From Eledone cirrhosa (Eukaryota), in assembly GCA_964016885.1 (NCBI GenBank), contig OZ024744.1, forward strand, positions 29,326,001 to 29,390,000: a DNA stretch of 64,000 nt. The letters run 5' to 3'. Position numbers and translations under genes: made by a program. The notes below the pieces were generated by a model, which worked only from the letters and a program-made list of their open reading frames with translations, was not told the origin of the DNA and searched no databases. The stretch's first letter is position 1; each line of letters opens with the position of its first letter. This document shows positions 28,808 through 40,543 of this stretch, one piece after another.

Positions 28808-30870
28808 TTACCAATACCAAACTGCATACATATATCACTGCTGAAAATACGGACAGTGTCAACAAGCACATCCAACTCCTTCTCACTTTTCCCGAAGAGC
28901 TTAAGATCGTCCATGAAGAGGAGGTGATTGATGGTAAGCTCTCCCCTTCCCAACTTGTATCCTGCTCTCACTTTTCGCAGCATAATGGTCAAGGGCATCA
29001 GGGCAAGGACAAACAACAGAGGGGACAGGCTATCTCCCTGGAAGATACCTCTCTTGATCTTCACGCTTCCCAAGGATACTCCAGTTGATGTCAACTCTGT
29101 CTCCCAGGACCCCATACTCCTGCCTAGCAACTGTCTGATGTTATCTGCCACCCTGAAGATCTCCAGGCTTTTGGTGATCCAGGAATGAGGCACCATGTCA
29201 AATGCCTTTCTGTAGTCTATCCATCCGATGGCAAGATCAGTGTGTCTCCTCCTGCAATTCCCCATTACCATCTTATCAATAAGCAACTGGTCCTTTGTAC
29301 CACGTGACTTCTTTCGGTATCCTTTCTGTTCGTCCGGTAACAAGTTGTTTGTGTGGAGGTGATGGTAGATTTCCTCAGACACAATGCTCGTCAACAGTTT
29401 CCACATTACGGGCAGACATGTGATAGGTCTATAGTTGGTAGCATCATTACCCTTGATTCGGTCTTTCATTATCAGAACTGTGGTACCTTTTGTCAACCAC
29501 TCTGGCACCTCACCCGACACCAAGCAGTCATTGAACATGGCCGTCAGCTTCGGGTGGAGGGATGTTAGATGTTTAATCCAATACCCCTGCACACCATCTG
29601 GGCCTGGTGATTTCCAGTTGGTTAGTTTTTTGGCTTGCCCCTTAAGAGTTTCAACTGTGATACTCAAATCAGTCTGTTGCTGTGCCTGCTCACCGATCTC
29701 CCTCTGTACTGTCTCAATCCACCCTGCCTGGGCATTGTGTCTAACATCCTGCTCCCACATTCCTCTCCAGAATGTTTTAGTTTGCTCCGCCCCAGGGATC
29801 AAGTCGTTGCCTCTTTCTTTGCCCTCAAGCTGTCCAAACAGCATCTTCTGGTTGTTGTCGAACATGCGGTTCTGTTTATACTGACTGACTCTGTTCTCGT
29901 ATCGCCTGATTTTTGCACTCTTTGCTACAATGCGTTGCTTCAATTCCTCTATGATAATATTTAGCTTTTTACTCCTAGTTTTGTATTTTATTTCCAGTCT
30001 ATTTTTAGTGCCTATGTTTTTTAGTGTCCCATTCAGTAGTGACTCAAGCTTTCCTATGTCATTTCTCATTTCCCCGATTTGCCCACTCAGTCGCTTCTTC
30101 CACCACGGCTCTGCTCTTTCTTGTCTGTTGTTTCCTCTCGCTTTTATACCAAGTAGTTTCCTCACCGTATTTGCTGTTGCTCTGAGGATATTGTTGCACT
30201 GGTGAAGGCTCCTCGCCTCAAGGTATGGGATGACTTTGTTTACCTTAGCTGTTGTTTCTTTTAACTTTTTCCTGTCTACAAATCTTAGGTTCATAGGTCT
30301 CCCACTATCATTGTTCAATTCATCTACCACTAAATTTAGGATGTCAACCAAATCTTGTCCTAGCCCGTCAGCATTCATCTCCTCAGTGGCCGTATCTCTG
30401 TTCCAGGTATTATTTATCTCAGTACTCAGATCATTGTCTGCTTCGGGTGGTTCCTCCGTTCTCAGGACCTCCTCACCTTCATTTCCCACCGGCTCGCTTG
30501 TCTGGCATACTACACCCGCCATCTCCAAGCCATTCTCTCTGCTCAGTTCCTCCAGTTCCAGCTCGCTTATCCACCCATTAGTTCTTATTACCCGAGCCTG
30601 CCCGGCCAATTTTTGTTCATCTAATTTAAATAAACCAATCTCGTTCCAGATGTTATGCATCCGTCTCCTGTAGCCCCTCTCCTTGGGGTTACTTTTCAGG
30701 TAGCATTGCATAACAGTTCTATTCAATTCTTTCGTCCAGTTGGTTCTGGCCCCTTTCCTTCTTCTCCTTCCTCCAACATCAGCAGTATTTGGTTGACAGT
30801 CAGGTTCCTGCTGCTGAGCCAGGGGGCACCTGTTGGGTGAGAGTCTGTCACATGACGTTCTAGTCTCCAT
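28774..30870 (-). CDS. R4/Dong ORF, N-terminal part and reverse transcriptase (frameshift near 28790)
   Basis: 698-aa ORF with the RT motifs listed above. Confidence 0.88.
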   Translation of the reverse strand: METRTSCDRLSPNRCPLAQQQEPDCQPNTADVGGRRRRKGARTNWTKELNRTVMQCYLKSNPKERGYRRRMHNIWNEIGLFKLDEQKLAGQARVIRTNGWISELELEELSRENGLEMAGVVCQTSEPVGNEGEEVLRTEEPPEADNDLSTEINNTWNRDTATEEMNADGLGQDLVDILNLVVDELNNDSGRPMNLRFVDRKKLKETTAKVNKVIPYLEARSLHQCNNILRATANTVRKLLGIKARGNNRQERAEPWWKKRLSGQIGEMRNDIGKLESLLNGTLKNIGTKNRLEIKYKTRSKKLNIIIEELKQRIVAKSAKIRRYENRVSQYKQNRMFDNNQKMLFGQLEGKERGNDLIPGAEQTKTFWRGMWEQDVRHNAQAGWIETVQREIGEQAQQQTDLSITVETLKGQAKKLTNWKSPGPDGVQGYWIKHLTSLHPKLTAMFNDCLVSGEVPEWLTKGTTVLIMKDRIKGNDATNYRPITCLPVMWKLLTSIVSEEIYHHLHTNNLLPDEQKGYRKKSRGTKDQLLIDKMVMGNCRRRHTDLAIGWIDYRKAFDMVPHSWITKSLEIFRVADNIRQLLGRSMGSWETELTSTGVSLGSVKIKRGIFQGDSLSPLLFVLALMPLTIMLRKVRAGYKLGRGELTINHLLFMDDLKLFGKSEKELDVLVDTVRIFSSDICMQFGIGKCGVIVMKRVG

Positions 30871-31173
30871 TTCACCGTTATTCGAACTGTTTATGTTCGA
30901 TATTTAAACACTCTTATCGAGGATTGGCGAATGTATGTTTACATAGCCATCTGTGGATCCGCCATCCCACTTGGCCCTTGTGTGGCATTATCACTACGCT
31001 GTATACGAACACACATAAACAAACAAACACACAGGCAGAAAGGGCCCCAGAAATGAATAAGCATAAGTTTCATTGTAATGTAGTGTTCGAATGTCTGACT
31101 TAGTTTTAGTTTTTTAAGTTTTACTTTTTCCCCCCTCTTCTCTGTCCGTCCGCCTGCTTCTCTCTTCATTCTT

Positions 31174-32465
31174 ATTTTCTTTACGTTTTTGGGGTTTCTT
31201 TTTTTTGTTTTTGTTTTTCTCTGTTTGTTTTACTCGTTTTTTGCTGTTGTTGCTGTGCTGCTTTGGTTTTGTTGTTTGTTTTTTCTTTTTTCTTTTGGGT
31301 CTATCTATATATTTTGATGCCTTCCTCTTTGTTAGTAGTAGGAATTCTATAATGTGGAAGTAGCAGCCAGCAGGGAAGTGGGAGACTGGCGGCGTTAGCG
31401 ATACTGAGACAGTGGTGGTGGTGATGTCGATACCGAGGCAGTGGTGGCGGTGATGTGACCGTATTACTGTAGTGATGGTGCTGTAGCGGAGTCAAGGGGT
31501 GGTGGCGGCGGTGATGGGATAGTGGCGGTAATGATGGCCGTAGTGAGCGGTGGCGGTGAAGGTGAAAATGTGTCGTTATCTGGCTGTTGTGTTTAGTGTA
31601 CACAGATGATGGGGTGGGTGGTGTATCTAGTTTCTGGTGTTGGTGAGTTTAGCTGTCCTATATAGTGTAGCCAGAGGAGAGGAGGGGAGGGGTTCTTCTT
31701 CCATTTATAGCCATTTTTTTTTTTTGGATATACAGTGTACAATACAAAGTTGAATATTTGAATATTTGAGCCTTATAACAATATATTTTCTTTACGTTTT
31801 GAGCCTTATAACAATATATTTTCTTTACGTTTTGAGCCTTATAACAATATATTTTCTTTACGTTTTGGGGGTTTCTTTTTTTTGTTTTTGTTTTTCTCTG
31901 TTTGTTTTTCTCGTTTTTTGCTGTTGTTGCTGTGCTGCTTTGGTTTTGTTGTTTGTTTTTTCTTTTTTCTTTTGGGTCTATCTATATATTTTGATGCCTT
32001 CCTCTTTGTTAGTAGTAGGAATTCTATAATGTGGAAGTAGCAGCCAGCAGGGAAGTGGGAGACTGGCGGCGTTAGCGATACTGAGACAGTGGTGGTGGTG
32101 ATGTCGATACCGAGGCAGTGGTGGCGGTGATGTGACCGTATTACTGTAGTGATGGTGCTGTAGCGGAGTCAAGGGGTGGTGGCGGCGGTGATGGGATAGT
32201 GGTGGTAATGATGGCCGTAGTGAGCGGTGGCGGTGAAGGTGAAAATGTGTCGTTATCTGGCTGTTGTGTTTAGTGTACACAGATGATGGGGTGGGTGGTG
32301 TATCTAGTTTCTGGTGTTGGTGAGTTTAGCTGTCCTATATAGTGTAGCCAGAGGAGAGGAGGGGAGGGGTTCTTCTTCCATTTATAGCCATTTTTTTTTT
32401 TGGATATACAGTGTACAATACAAAGTTGAATATTTGAATATTTGAGCCTTATAACAATATATTTT
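31174..32465. repeat. Tandem duplication (~610-bp unit, offset 677) with three 34-bp repeats at the junction
   Basis: Identical spurious 100-aa ORFs at 31301 and 31978. tttgagccttataacaatatattttctttacgtt occurs three times at ~31765-31865. Confidence 0.9.
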
Positions 32466-32613
32466 GGGTCCGAATTTTTTGGGGCTCAAGTCGGGTGCTT
32501 TACGTAGCATTTGTGCTAAGAGTTGTTATTTCACAAATGGTTTAAATATGTTAAAAATTCAAAACTTACGGGAGCGATTTCATGACCTCCGTCACCTCGT
32601 GCGTCTTCTTCCC

Positions 32614-32616
<3 letters not shown>

Positions 32617-32697
<81 letters not shown>

Positions 32698-32763
32698 GTT
32701 ATTAATATATGTGTATGTGTATGTATATGTATGTGTATGTATATGTATATATGTATGTATGTA

Positions 32764-32830
<67 letters not shown>
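32617..32830. repeat. (ATT)n, (TG)n and (TA)n compound microsatellite
   Basis: Direct reading. Confidence 0.95.
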
Positions 32831-32833
<3 letters not shown>

Positions 32834-33199
32834 GAGGTTATATTTAATTTGTTAGGATACAACAAGCAAAATATTTTTATAACTGATATAAAGCACTCAA
32901 CAAATTATTGGAGTAAATATACAATATATTAACAAATGGAAACTATATTTATAAAACCATATTTATTTCATTAATAAATATGGTTTTATAAATATAGTTT
33001 CCATTTGTTAATATATTGTATACATATATATATATATATATATTATTTTATTTTTATTTTTTATTTTCATTTTTATTTTTTTCTTGTGCAATGGCCATAC
33101 TCGATAACGAGTGGGCAGTCATCATGTATGTATGTATGTATGTATGTATGTATGTATGTATGTATGTATGTATGTATGTATGTATGTATGTATGTATGT

Positions 33200-34012
33200 A
33201 TATCCAATGATGTTGACTTGTTTTTCTTTTTGGTAAATATCATCTTGGTTAAGAGAGTGGGACTGGCTTTGTGCAGTGCCTTTGCTCACTATAAAAGCTT
33301 CACAGCACAGGCATTGCTTTATATCTGGAGATCTCTCTGCACTTGTCATCACATGGTACCTGGGCCTAGCACTATGTGTCAATAATTGTCACAAGTGTAG
33401 TGTTTGTACCAGAGTTTTCAAGTCGCTAGCTGGACTAAAGTCACATTCGTTCAGCGCATCGGTAGGAGTTCTCCTACATGGATATAAAGTAGTGGCCGTA
33501 CTCGAAAACGAGTTGGCAGCCACCATGTATGTATGTGTGTATGTCAAAGGGCAAAGGAGCTCTTAAGAGTCAATGGCCATCCAAAATCACCGGGAGAGAT
33601 GACCCCTTAGCCTTTGTCAAGGCAGAATTCTAGGAGAAGGAAAACTCTGATATAACACCTGCAACCCTGATGGTTTCCAATGATGTTGACTTGTTCTTCT
33701 TTTTGGTAAATATCATCTTGGTTAAGATAGTGGGACTGGCTTTGTGCAGTACCTTTGCTCACTATAAAAGCTTCACGGCACAGGCATTGCTTTGTATCTG
33801 GAGATCTCTCTGTACTTGTCGTTACATGGTACCATGGGCCCAGCACTATGTGTCAATAATTGTCACAAGTGTAGTGTTTGTACCAGTGTTTTCAAGTCGC
33901 TGGCTGGACTAAAAAGTCACACTCGTTCAGCACATCGGTAGGGGTTCTCCTATATGGATATAAAGTAGTGGCCGTACTCGAAAACGAGTTGGCAGCCATC
34001 ATGTATGTATGT
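33200..34012 (+). mobile_element. Two 5'-truncated copies of a short bipartite RTE-derived non-autonomous element with (TATG)n tails
   Basis: 33200-33535 and 33543-34012 match 36280-36870. The 3' part encodes the C2H2 remnant CSVCTRVFKSLAGLKSH. Confidence 0.75.
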
Positions 34013-34249
34013 ATGTTGTTCTTCTGGTTTTATAATTTCACAAATGTTTACCAATAGAGAGAGAGTCGTTTTCTAACATAGACACAAGACTCTCTGATTG
34101 GAATTTACACAACATCAACTAGGTAGATATGTATGTATGCATGCATGTGTAGATATTGATGTTATTGTATGTGTGGATGTGGATGTTTTGAGTTATATGT
34201 GTGCATGTGTATATGCTTTTTATCTGTACATGTGTATATGCAGTTATTA

Positions 34250-36180
34250 GATGCGCAATTTTGGAATGTTTTACATATTTTTTACTGTTCCATTAATTGA
34301 TTGTACTTGTAATTTCCTAACTAGTTGTGTTCTTTCTGTTCCTATGAAGCCTAGCTTCTCAAGATTTGTATTGAGGTAGTTATTAACATATCCCAGTGCC
34401 CCAATACTCACAGGCATATATATGAAGGTGTAATCAGGGTGGAGTAACTGCAGATTTCTCATCAGTTCTGCATAAATATTCTCCTTTTCACTAATCTTTG
34501 ATATTATATTGGCATATGCTGGGCAGCTAATTTCCATTACTATGCATGTTTTCTTCTCCCTGTCCCATATCATAATATCTGGTCTGTTATGCCTGCATTT
34601 TATTGGGGTTTTTACTGGAACATTCCTCCAGTACTCTTTCATATTATGTACATGGATGTCTTCCACATTGTTGTAGCTTTTAATATGTTTATTATCGGGG
34701 CTATCTTTTTTACGAACTGCATTGTACAGTGTTTTGGCCACTACATCATGCCTCATAGGTAGATAGTACCGCGATGACATCTTTGGGCAGCTGCTGATGA
34801 CATGGGTGATATCCTCGATGTTAGTTTTGCAGAGTCTGCACTTGTTATCACATCTAGGTGTTTTGCCTGCATCCCTATCTCTTTTGTGAATCAGGTATTT
34901 TGTGTTAATCTCCTGTTCCTGGATTGCAAAAGCGTATCCTTCAAAGTGGGAGCCAATATAGCGGTTGTTGGTCCAAGATAGACTACTTTCCTTATCTATA
35001 TTACTCTCACTCTGGAGCTTCCTGGCAACATATCCATGCATGATTTTTTGCTGATAGGTATTCAGTTTTTTATCCATGGATTCACTGCGATACTGCTGAG
35101 CGACATCCCTGGGTGTGAGTTTTGATTATCACACAGGGAATATCTCTCAAGGAGTTCCTTCCCAACTCTCATGATCTTATCTGTTTCATGCAGATAGACT
35201 TGCTCGAGAAACGGGCTCCTATGCTTCGAGGTTCGTAGATGTCGAAGAGATATTATGCGACATTCAAATGTTGTCTGAACTGATGTTAGGCCACTGTCTC
35301 CCTGCTTACGTTTCAAGTAAAGGGGGTCTATGTCACTGTTGATGTGGAAGTTTCCGGTGTTGCTCAGTGTTTTTCGAGTTCCAACATCAACTGCTCGGAT
35401 TTCGTCTATCGTCCAATTGAGTATTCCAAACGTTGGTGTTAGGACAGACACAGCAAACACATTGTGAGCCACTGTTTTCTTTTGCGCAGAGAGTTCCGAT
35501 GACCAGATCTTTCTTAACCGGGTGTAGTATTCCCTGGTTACGCGTTCTTTATTACAGATCCCATTATAGGATATGTTCTCATCTATCCCCAGGTATCTGT
35601 AGCAGTCCTCATCAGATATCGGTGAAACAGTTATGCCATTGATGACAATGTTGCTAGATAAGGTTGTTGTTTTTCCCCGCTTTACAGTCATGTATGAGCA
35701 TTTATCTTGGCCAAACTCCATTCCTATATCCTTTGAGAACGTTGTAACCAGGCCAAGATTTTTCTTCATCCCATCCATGTTCTTGGCGTAGTTTCAGATC
35801 GTCCACAAAGAAATTATGGGTTAGGTTCGTATTTCTGTCCTCCTGTGAGCCAATGATGTATCCCTCACATTTCTTGAGCAGAAAGGGCAATATGACAAGA
35901 TGAATAATATCACAGAGAGACTGTCCCCCTGAAATATACCCCTGCAATATTATATTTTATTTTATCAGTGAAAATAGAGTCCTCCTTCTCTGTCTTTAAC
36001 CTTAGGATAGTAGCCCAAGAAGAAGACAGCCTCTCTATGGCTCTGACAATAATGTCTTGGACTCTATCATCCAAGAGTGGGGAACAGAATTGAAAGCTTT
36101 CCTGTAGTCCAGCCAGACTGTAGCCATATTCCTCCTAAGTTGTCGAACCTCCGACATCGCAGTTTTGTTGATTAGGAGTT
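34250..36180 (-). mobile_element. Degenerate 5'-truncated R4/Dong-type LINE (RT C-half, CCHC, RLE)
   Basis: Frameshifted pieces with WLDYRKAFNSVPH, FFVDDLKL, YRYLG, CRLCKTNIEDITHVISSC, RHD and PDIMIWD. Related to the 37-40.5 kb element. Confidence 0.88.
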
Positions 36181-36279
36181 GTTGAGCACGTATGTATGTA
36201 TGTATGTATGTATGTATGTATGTATGTATGTATGTATGTATGTATGTATGTATGTATGTATGTTTTTTTTTGTTTTTAG

Positions 36280-36960
36280 TCCTGCAGGATGTCCAAAGTC
36301 ACCCTCCTCACCAAGAAACCTTGGTGGGGTTGCCAGTTTAGTCGCCAACGTCCCGACCATGAGACAGGTTGTACTGGGATACATGTTACCAGTAGCACCA
36401 ACTGGTGACCTGTCAAAGGGCAAAGGAGCTCTTAAGAGTCAATGGCCATCCAAAATCACCGGGAGAGATGACCCCTTAGCCTTTGTCAAGGCAGAATTCT
36501 AGGAGAAGGAAAACTCTGATATAACACCTGCAACCCTGATGGTATCCAATGATGTTGACTTGTTCTTCTTTTTGGTAAATATCATCTTGGTTAAGAGAGT
36601 GGGACTGGCTTTGTGCAGTGCCTTTGCTCACTATAAAAGCTTCATGGCACAGGCATTGCTTTATATCTGGAGATCTCTCTGCACTTGTCCTCACATGGTA
36701 CCATGGGCCCAGCATTATGTGTCAATAATTGTCACAAGTGTAGTGTTTGTACCAGAGTTTTCAATACGCTGGCTGGACTAAAATGTCACACTCGTTCAGC
36801 GCATCGGTAGGGGTTCTCTTACATGGATATAAAGTAGTGGCCGTACTCGAAAACGAGTTGGCAGCCACCATGTATGTATGTATGTATGCATGTATGTATG
36901 TATGTATGTATGTATGTATGTATGTATGTATGTATGTATGTATGTATGTATGTATGTATG
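36280..36960 (+). mobile_element. Longest copy of the bipartite RTE-derived element, followed by a (TATG)n tail
   Basis: The 5' part shares ttctaggagaagg, ccaatgatgttga and gagagtggga(c/t)tggc with the RTE 5' UTR at 46560-46731. The 3' part resembles the RTE C-terminal zinc finger and 3' UTR. Confidence 0.75.
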
Positions 36961-37037
36961 TATCTCTTTCTCTTAATTTTGAGTATATTTTTTTGACCGG
37001 CCTCCTTCCTGGTGGCAAGGTTGTAGAAAAGAAATTG

Positions 37038-37412
37038 TCATCCCTTGAATCGCAAGAATGTTTTGCAAATTTTGAAGGTGCCAGCTATCGCAGCCATTTG
37101 TAGACTATGAATTAGGGATCTGCGCTTTTTGTCCGCAAATCCAAGTTCAGTCATACTTTGGTCCAAGCGGGTTGGTATATAACCCGTAGCTCCAATAATG
37201 ATGGGTATGAAGCTAACGGTGTATCTTGGATACTGGATTTGTAAACTCCTCATCAATGGTCCGTAGATGTCCTCCTTCTCCTGTATTTTTCTGACAACGT
37301 TTACATCAAGTGGGCAGCTGATCTCCACAACAGAACACGTTTTTAATGTGTGGTCCCAAACAACAATATCAGGCCGGTTGTGCTTTAATTTGGTGGCAGT
37401 TTTTATTTTCAA
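37038..37412 (-). CDS. Restriction-like endonuclease domain (continuation after the frameshift)
   Basis: HNRPDIVVWD...VVEISCP...EKEDIY...IPIIIGATG. Confidence 0.85.
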   Translation of the reverse strand: MKIKTATKLKHNRPDIVVWDHTLKTCSVVEISCPLDVNVVRKIQEKEDIYGPLMRSLQIQYPRYTVSFIPIIIGATGYIPTRLDQSMTELGFADKKRRSLIHSLQMAAIAGTFKICKTFLRFKG

Positions 37413-40400
37413 GTTCCACCAGTATTCCTTAGTGCCATCTGTCTCAATATATTCTCGTTTGTTGTTAATTTTGTTTTCCGAAGTGCGTTCCAGATGGTTC
37501 TAGCTATCCCATCGTGTCTCATGGGGAGGTAGTAGCGAGATGACATTCTTTCGCAGCTGGCAACAATGTGGCTTACATCCTCGATCTTTGTTTTACACAG
37601 CCTACATTTATTGCCAGCTGCTGGCCCTCCTCTTTTGTGCAGCAGAAATTTGGTAGGGAGTTCTTGTTCCTGTATTGCATAGAGATATCCCTCAAGGTGT
37701 GATGTCATAAACTTGTCGGAACTCCATGCCAGGCTTTTTGAGTGGTTTATCCCCTCTATGGTCTGTGTTTTACGCCTCAAGTATCCATGCACAACTTTTT
37801 CTGTAAATTGGTCAATTTTTTTATCTTGTTTGAACATTGAATAGGATCTTCCGATTTCTCTGGGTGAGAGATTTATATCAGGCTTTATTCCATATCTCTC
37901 CTCCAGATCAGTCGCTATTCTAATGATATTTTTTTTTTCATGCTCATAAACCTGGGCAAGATGGTTGCCAACCTTTTTCCTCTGTTGAAGGTGTTGCTTC
38001 AGTGTTACTATCCGCGTCTCATATGTTGTTAATATTGATTTTAGACCCCGGCCACCTTCCTTGCGTGAGAAGTAAAGCCTATCCACATCACCATTGATGT
38101 TAAAGTTCCCAGTAACAATGAGAAGTTTGCGAGTTCTAACATCCATCTCACTTAGTTCTTGCAATGACCAGTTCAGCAGGCCAAATGTTGGCGTTAGAAT
38201 TGGCACAGCATAAGTATTGTGGGCAATGTATTTATTGTACGCTGACAGTTCTGATGACCATATTTTCTTTACTCTTCTGAGGTATTCAGTTCTGGTTCTC
38301 TCCTTATTTATGGGTCCATCATATCTGACATTCTCATCCTGTCCAAGATATCTGTAGTTGTCACCTGACTGTAGAGGTTGTATTGTCAGGCCGTTCATCT
38401 CTAGATTTCTAGAGGAGGGCACAGCTCTTCCACGTTTTACTGCCAAATATGCACACTTGGACTCACCAAATTTCATTTTGATGTCGGTTGAAAATTGTGT
38501 AATGAGGTCCAATTGTTTCTTGATGTCATTGATATTTGGCCCATACAACTTCAGGTCGTCAACAAAGAAAAGATTGGAGATACTTCTGGGCCCACTTCTT
38601 TGTCCACCTTGTTTCCTGAGTAGGTAAGATAGTGGATTCAGTGAGAGAACGAAGAGTAGCACTGACAAGCTGTCACCCTGAAAGATGCCCTTCTGGTAAT
38701 GTATCTTATCAGTCTTAACCTGCTCCTTCTCACCTCTAAGGATCAAACTGGTGTACCAGTTCTTGGTCAGGCGTTCAACAGCAGCTACCAATGGTTGTGG
38801 GACTTTAGCTAACTGTAAAGCCTTAATATTCCACCCATGAGGTACACTACCAAATGCTTTTTGATAGTCCAGCCACACCACAGTCATGTTTCTGCGATTC
38901 TTTGTTGTTTTTTCCTGAATCATTTTGTTAGTTAGTAGGTGATCTATGCATCCCCACACCTCCCTCTTTCCACCAGCCTGCTCAGGTGTTATGATGTTGT
39001 TCGTAGCACAGTGATCCTGTAAGAACAGGTTAAGGCACCCAGTATATAATTTATACATGATGTTTTGGCAGGCTATTGGGCGGTAATTTTTAGCAAGAGT
39101 GGTTTGGCGATTTTTGGGCATGAGGAGAGTAGTGGCAGTTGATAACCATCTGGGCAGTTCTTGTGTGCCTTTAATGGTTTCTGTAAACAGCCGTATGAGA
39201 TCTTGCCGATAGAAAGTGAAATTCTTCAACCAGTATCCTGTAATGAGGTCTGGGCCTGGCGATTTCCTATTCGACATTTTCTGTAGAGCTGTTTCCAGTA
39301 GTGACCCATCTATGTCATATTGTTTTGTCTGGACATGTTGGCAGTAGTCCTGTTCCAGTTCTTTTAGCCAATTAGTTTGTCTGTTGAATCCGTCATCCGT
39401 TTCCCATACAGATCTCCAGTAGCTCTCAACCTGTTCTTTTGAAGGGGTGTCATTTACAGGGATTGAGCTTTTGCCACCGAAGCTGCGATAAACTGATTTA
39501 GGATCTCTGGCAAACAATCTATTTAGCACTTGTCGTTTATGTGCTGTTGACTTATATTTTAGTCTTTCTGTTGTAGCTGTGAGTTGTTGTTTCAACTGGT
39601 GTAATTTGGAGTTCAAAGTTTTAAATTTTGTATCTCCAAATCCTCTCTCTAACTTTTTTTTTAGGTCTTCCTGGTGTCGTGTGAAGTTGCTCTCTATGTT
39701 GCATTTCATAATGACTGCGATGTGTGAGATACTTCGTCTCAGGGACAAAATTTTGCTTTTTAAATTTCGCATCCACGCTGGTTCAGGCTTTCTGTTTGTA
39801 TCTTGATTGCGTGGTTTTAGATGTGTGTTATATGATAGCAATGTGACAGCTGAAACATATAACAAAATATTAAGCGTTTCAAATGTCGTTTCTACACCTT
39901 TAGATCGTATAGCCTTCAGATAATTGCTAGCTATTTCGTTCACCGCTTCCAATTCCAATTTAGTGGGTTCTTTACTGATTCTGGTGTTGTATCGTCTGTC
40001 ACTCACATTAAGGCTGTGTATTTCTTGAAACATATCGTTCCATATCACTTGTAGGGTGTCCACAAGTTTTTGGTGTTCTGTTTGTTCAGTAGAGTCATGA
40101 ATTTCAGCCTCGTTGTTAATGTGGTGACAATTACTACTAGAGTTAGCTGACCTTTCTCGCTGTTCTTCAGTGGAAGTGGGATGGATTTCAGCAAAATTGT
40201 TGGTGAGCTGTTCACTGTTAGATTTAGCTGGCCATTCTCTTTGTCTGTCAGTGGAGGTGGGGTGGTTGTCTACAGGGGCTGTATTTGTAGTATCACTCAA
40301 TTCCGTTAGATGTATCAATTTACATCTAATGATACGTTTTGCCTGTTCATTTAAATGCTTTGGAGAAAAGTCTAATTCTGGGTGTTTGGAGTTCCATAAA

Positions 40401-40543
40401 GTTTTTAGTCTTTGCATAAAACCGAACTTTTGGGGTTCAGATTGTTTGTATGCTTCATATAATACTTTGTTAAGCTCGTAGCTCCACTGTATACAATGGT
40501 TGTAGTTGCGATTTGGTCGAAGGAGTGTTGTACTTTTTGCCAT
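37409..40543 (-). CDS. R4/Dong-type polyprotein (RT and CCHC), frameshifted before the endonuclease
   Basis: ORF track, 1044 aa. Confidence 0.88.
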   Translation of the reverse strand: MAKSTTLLRPNRNYNHCIQWSYELNKVLYEAYKQSEPQKFGFMQRLKTLWNSKHPELDFSPKHLNEQAKRIIRCKLIHLTELSDTTNTAPVDNHPTSTDRQREWPAKSNSEQLTNNFAEIHPTSTEEQRERSANSSSNCHHINNEAEIHDSTEQTEHQKLVDTLQVIWNDMFQEIHSLNVSDRRYNTRISKEPTKLELEAVNEIASNYLKAIRSKGVETTFETLNILLYVSAVTLLSYNTHLKPRNQDTNRKPEPAWMRNLKSKILSLRRSISHIAVIMKCNIESNFTRHQEDLKKKLERGFGDTKFKTLNSKLHQLKQQLTATTERLKYKSTAHKRQVLNRLFARDPKSVYRSFGGKSSIPVNDTPSKEQVESYWRSVWETDDGFNRQTNWLKELEQDYCQHVQTKQYDIDGSLLETALQKMSNRKSPGPDLITGYWLKNFTFYRQDLIRLFTETIKGTQELPRWLSTATTLLMPKNRQTTLAKNYRPIACQNIMYKLYTGCLNLFLQDHCATNNIITPEQAGGKREVWGCIDHLLTNKMIQEKTTKNRRNMTVVWLDYQKAFGSVPHGWNIKALQLAKVPQPLVAAVERLTKNWYTSLILRGEKEQVKTDKIHYQKGIFQGDSLSVLLFVLSLNPLSYLLRKQGGQRSGPRSISNLFFVDDLKLYGPNINDIKKQLDLITQFSTDIKMKFGESKCAYLAVKRGRAVPSSRNLEMNGLTIQPLQSGDNYRYLGQDENVRYDGPINKERTRTEYLRRVKKIWSSELSAYNKYIAHNTYAVPILTPTFGLLNWSLQELSEMDVRTRKLLIVTGNFNINGDVDRLYFSRKEGGRGLKSILTTYETRIVTLKQHLQQRKKVGNHLAQVYEHEKKNIIRIATDLEERYGIKPDINLSPREIGRSYSMFKQDKKIDQFTEKVVHGYLRRKTQTIEGINHSKSLAWSSDKFMTSHLEGYLYAIQEQELPTKFLLHKRGGPAAGNKCRLCKTKIEDVSHIVASCERMSSRYYLPMRHDGIARTIWNALRKTKLTTNENILRQMALRNTGGT

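Larger units (their letters stand above)
27403..31100 (-). mobile_element. Near full-length R4/Dong-clade non-LTR retrotransposon (Myb-like N-terminus, RT, CCHC, restriction-like endonuclease)
   Basis: Motifs KSPGPDG, YRPITCL, IDYRKAFDMVPH, GIFQGDSLSPLLF, FMDDLKL, CRIC...HIVSEC, RHD and PDLVV...VDVACP...K..RY. The 3' end abuts (TAA)n. The 5' boundary is approximate. Confidence 0.92.

Noticed and set aside
30870-31100. HDV-like ribozyme at the 5' ends of the R4 and RTE elements (also examined 41050-41168, 36280-36350 and 46510-46600)
   Set aside because: Only simple hairpins were visible. I could not build the nested double pseudoknot by eye, so a descriptor search is needed.
31301-32280. His/Pro-rich 100-aa ORF present twice
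   Set aside because: Low-complexity (GGT)n-derived sequence within a tandem duplication.
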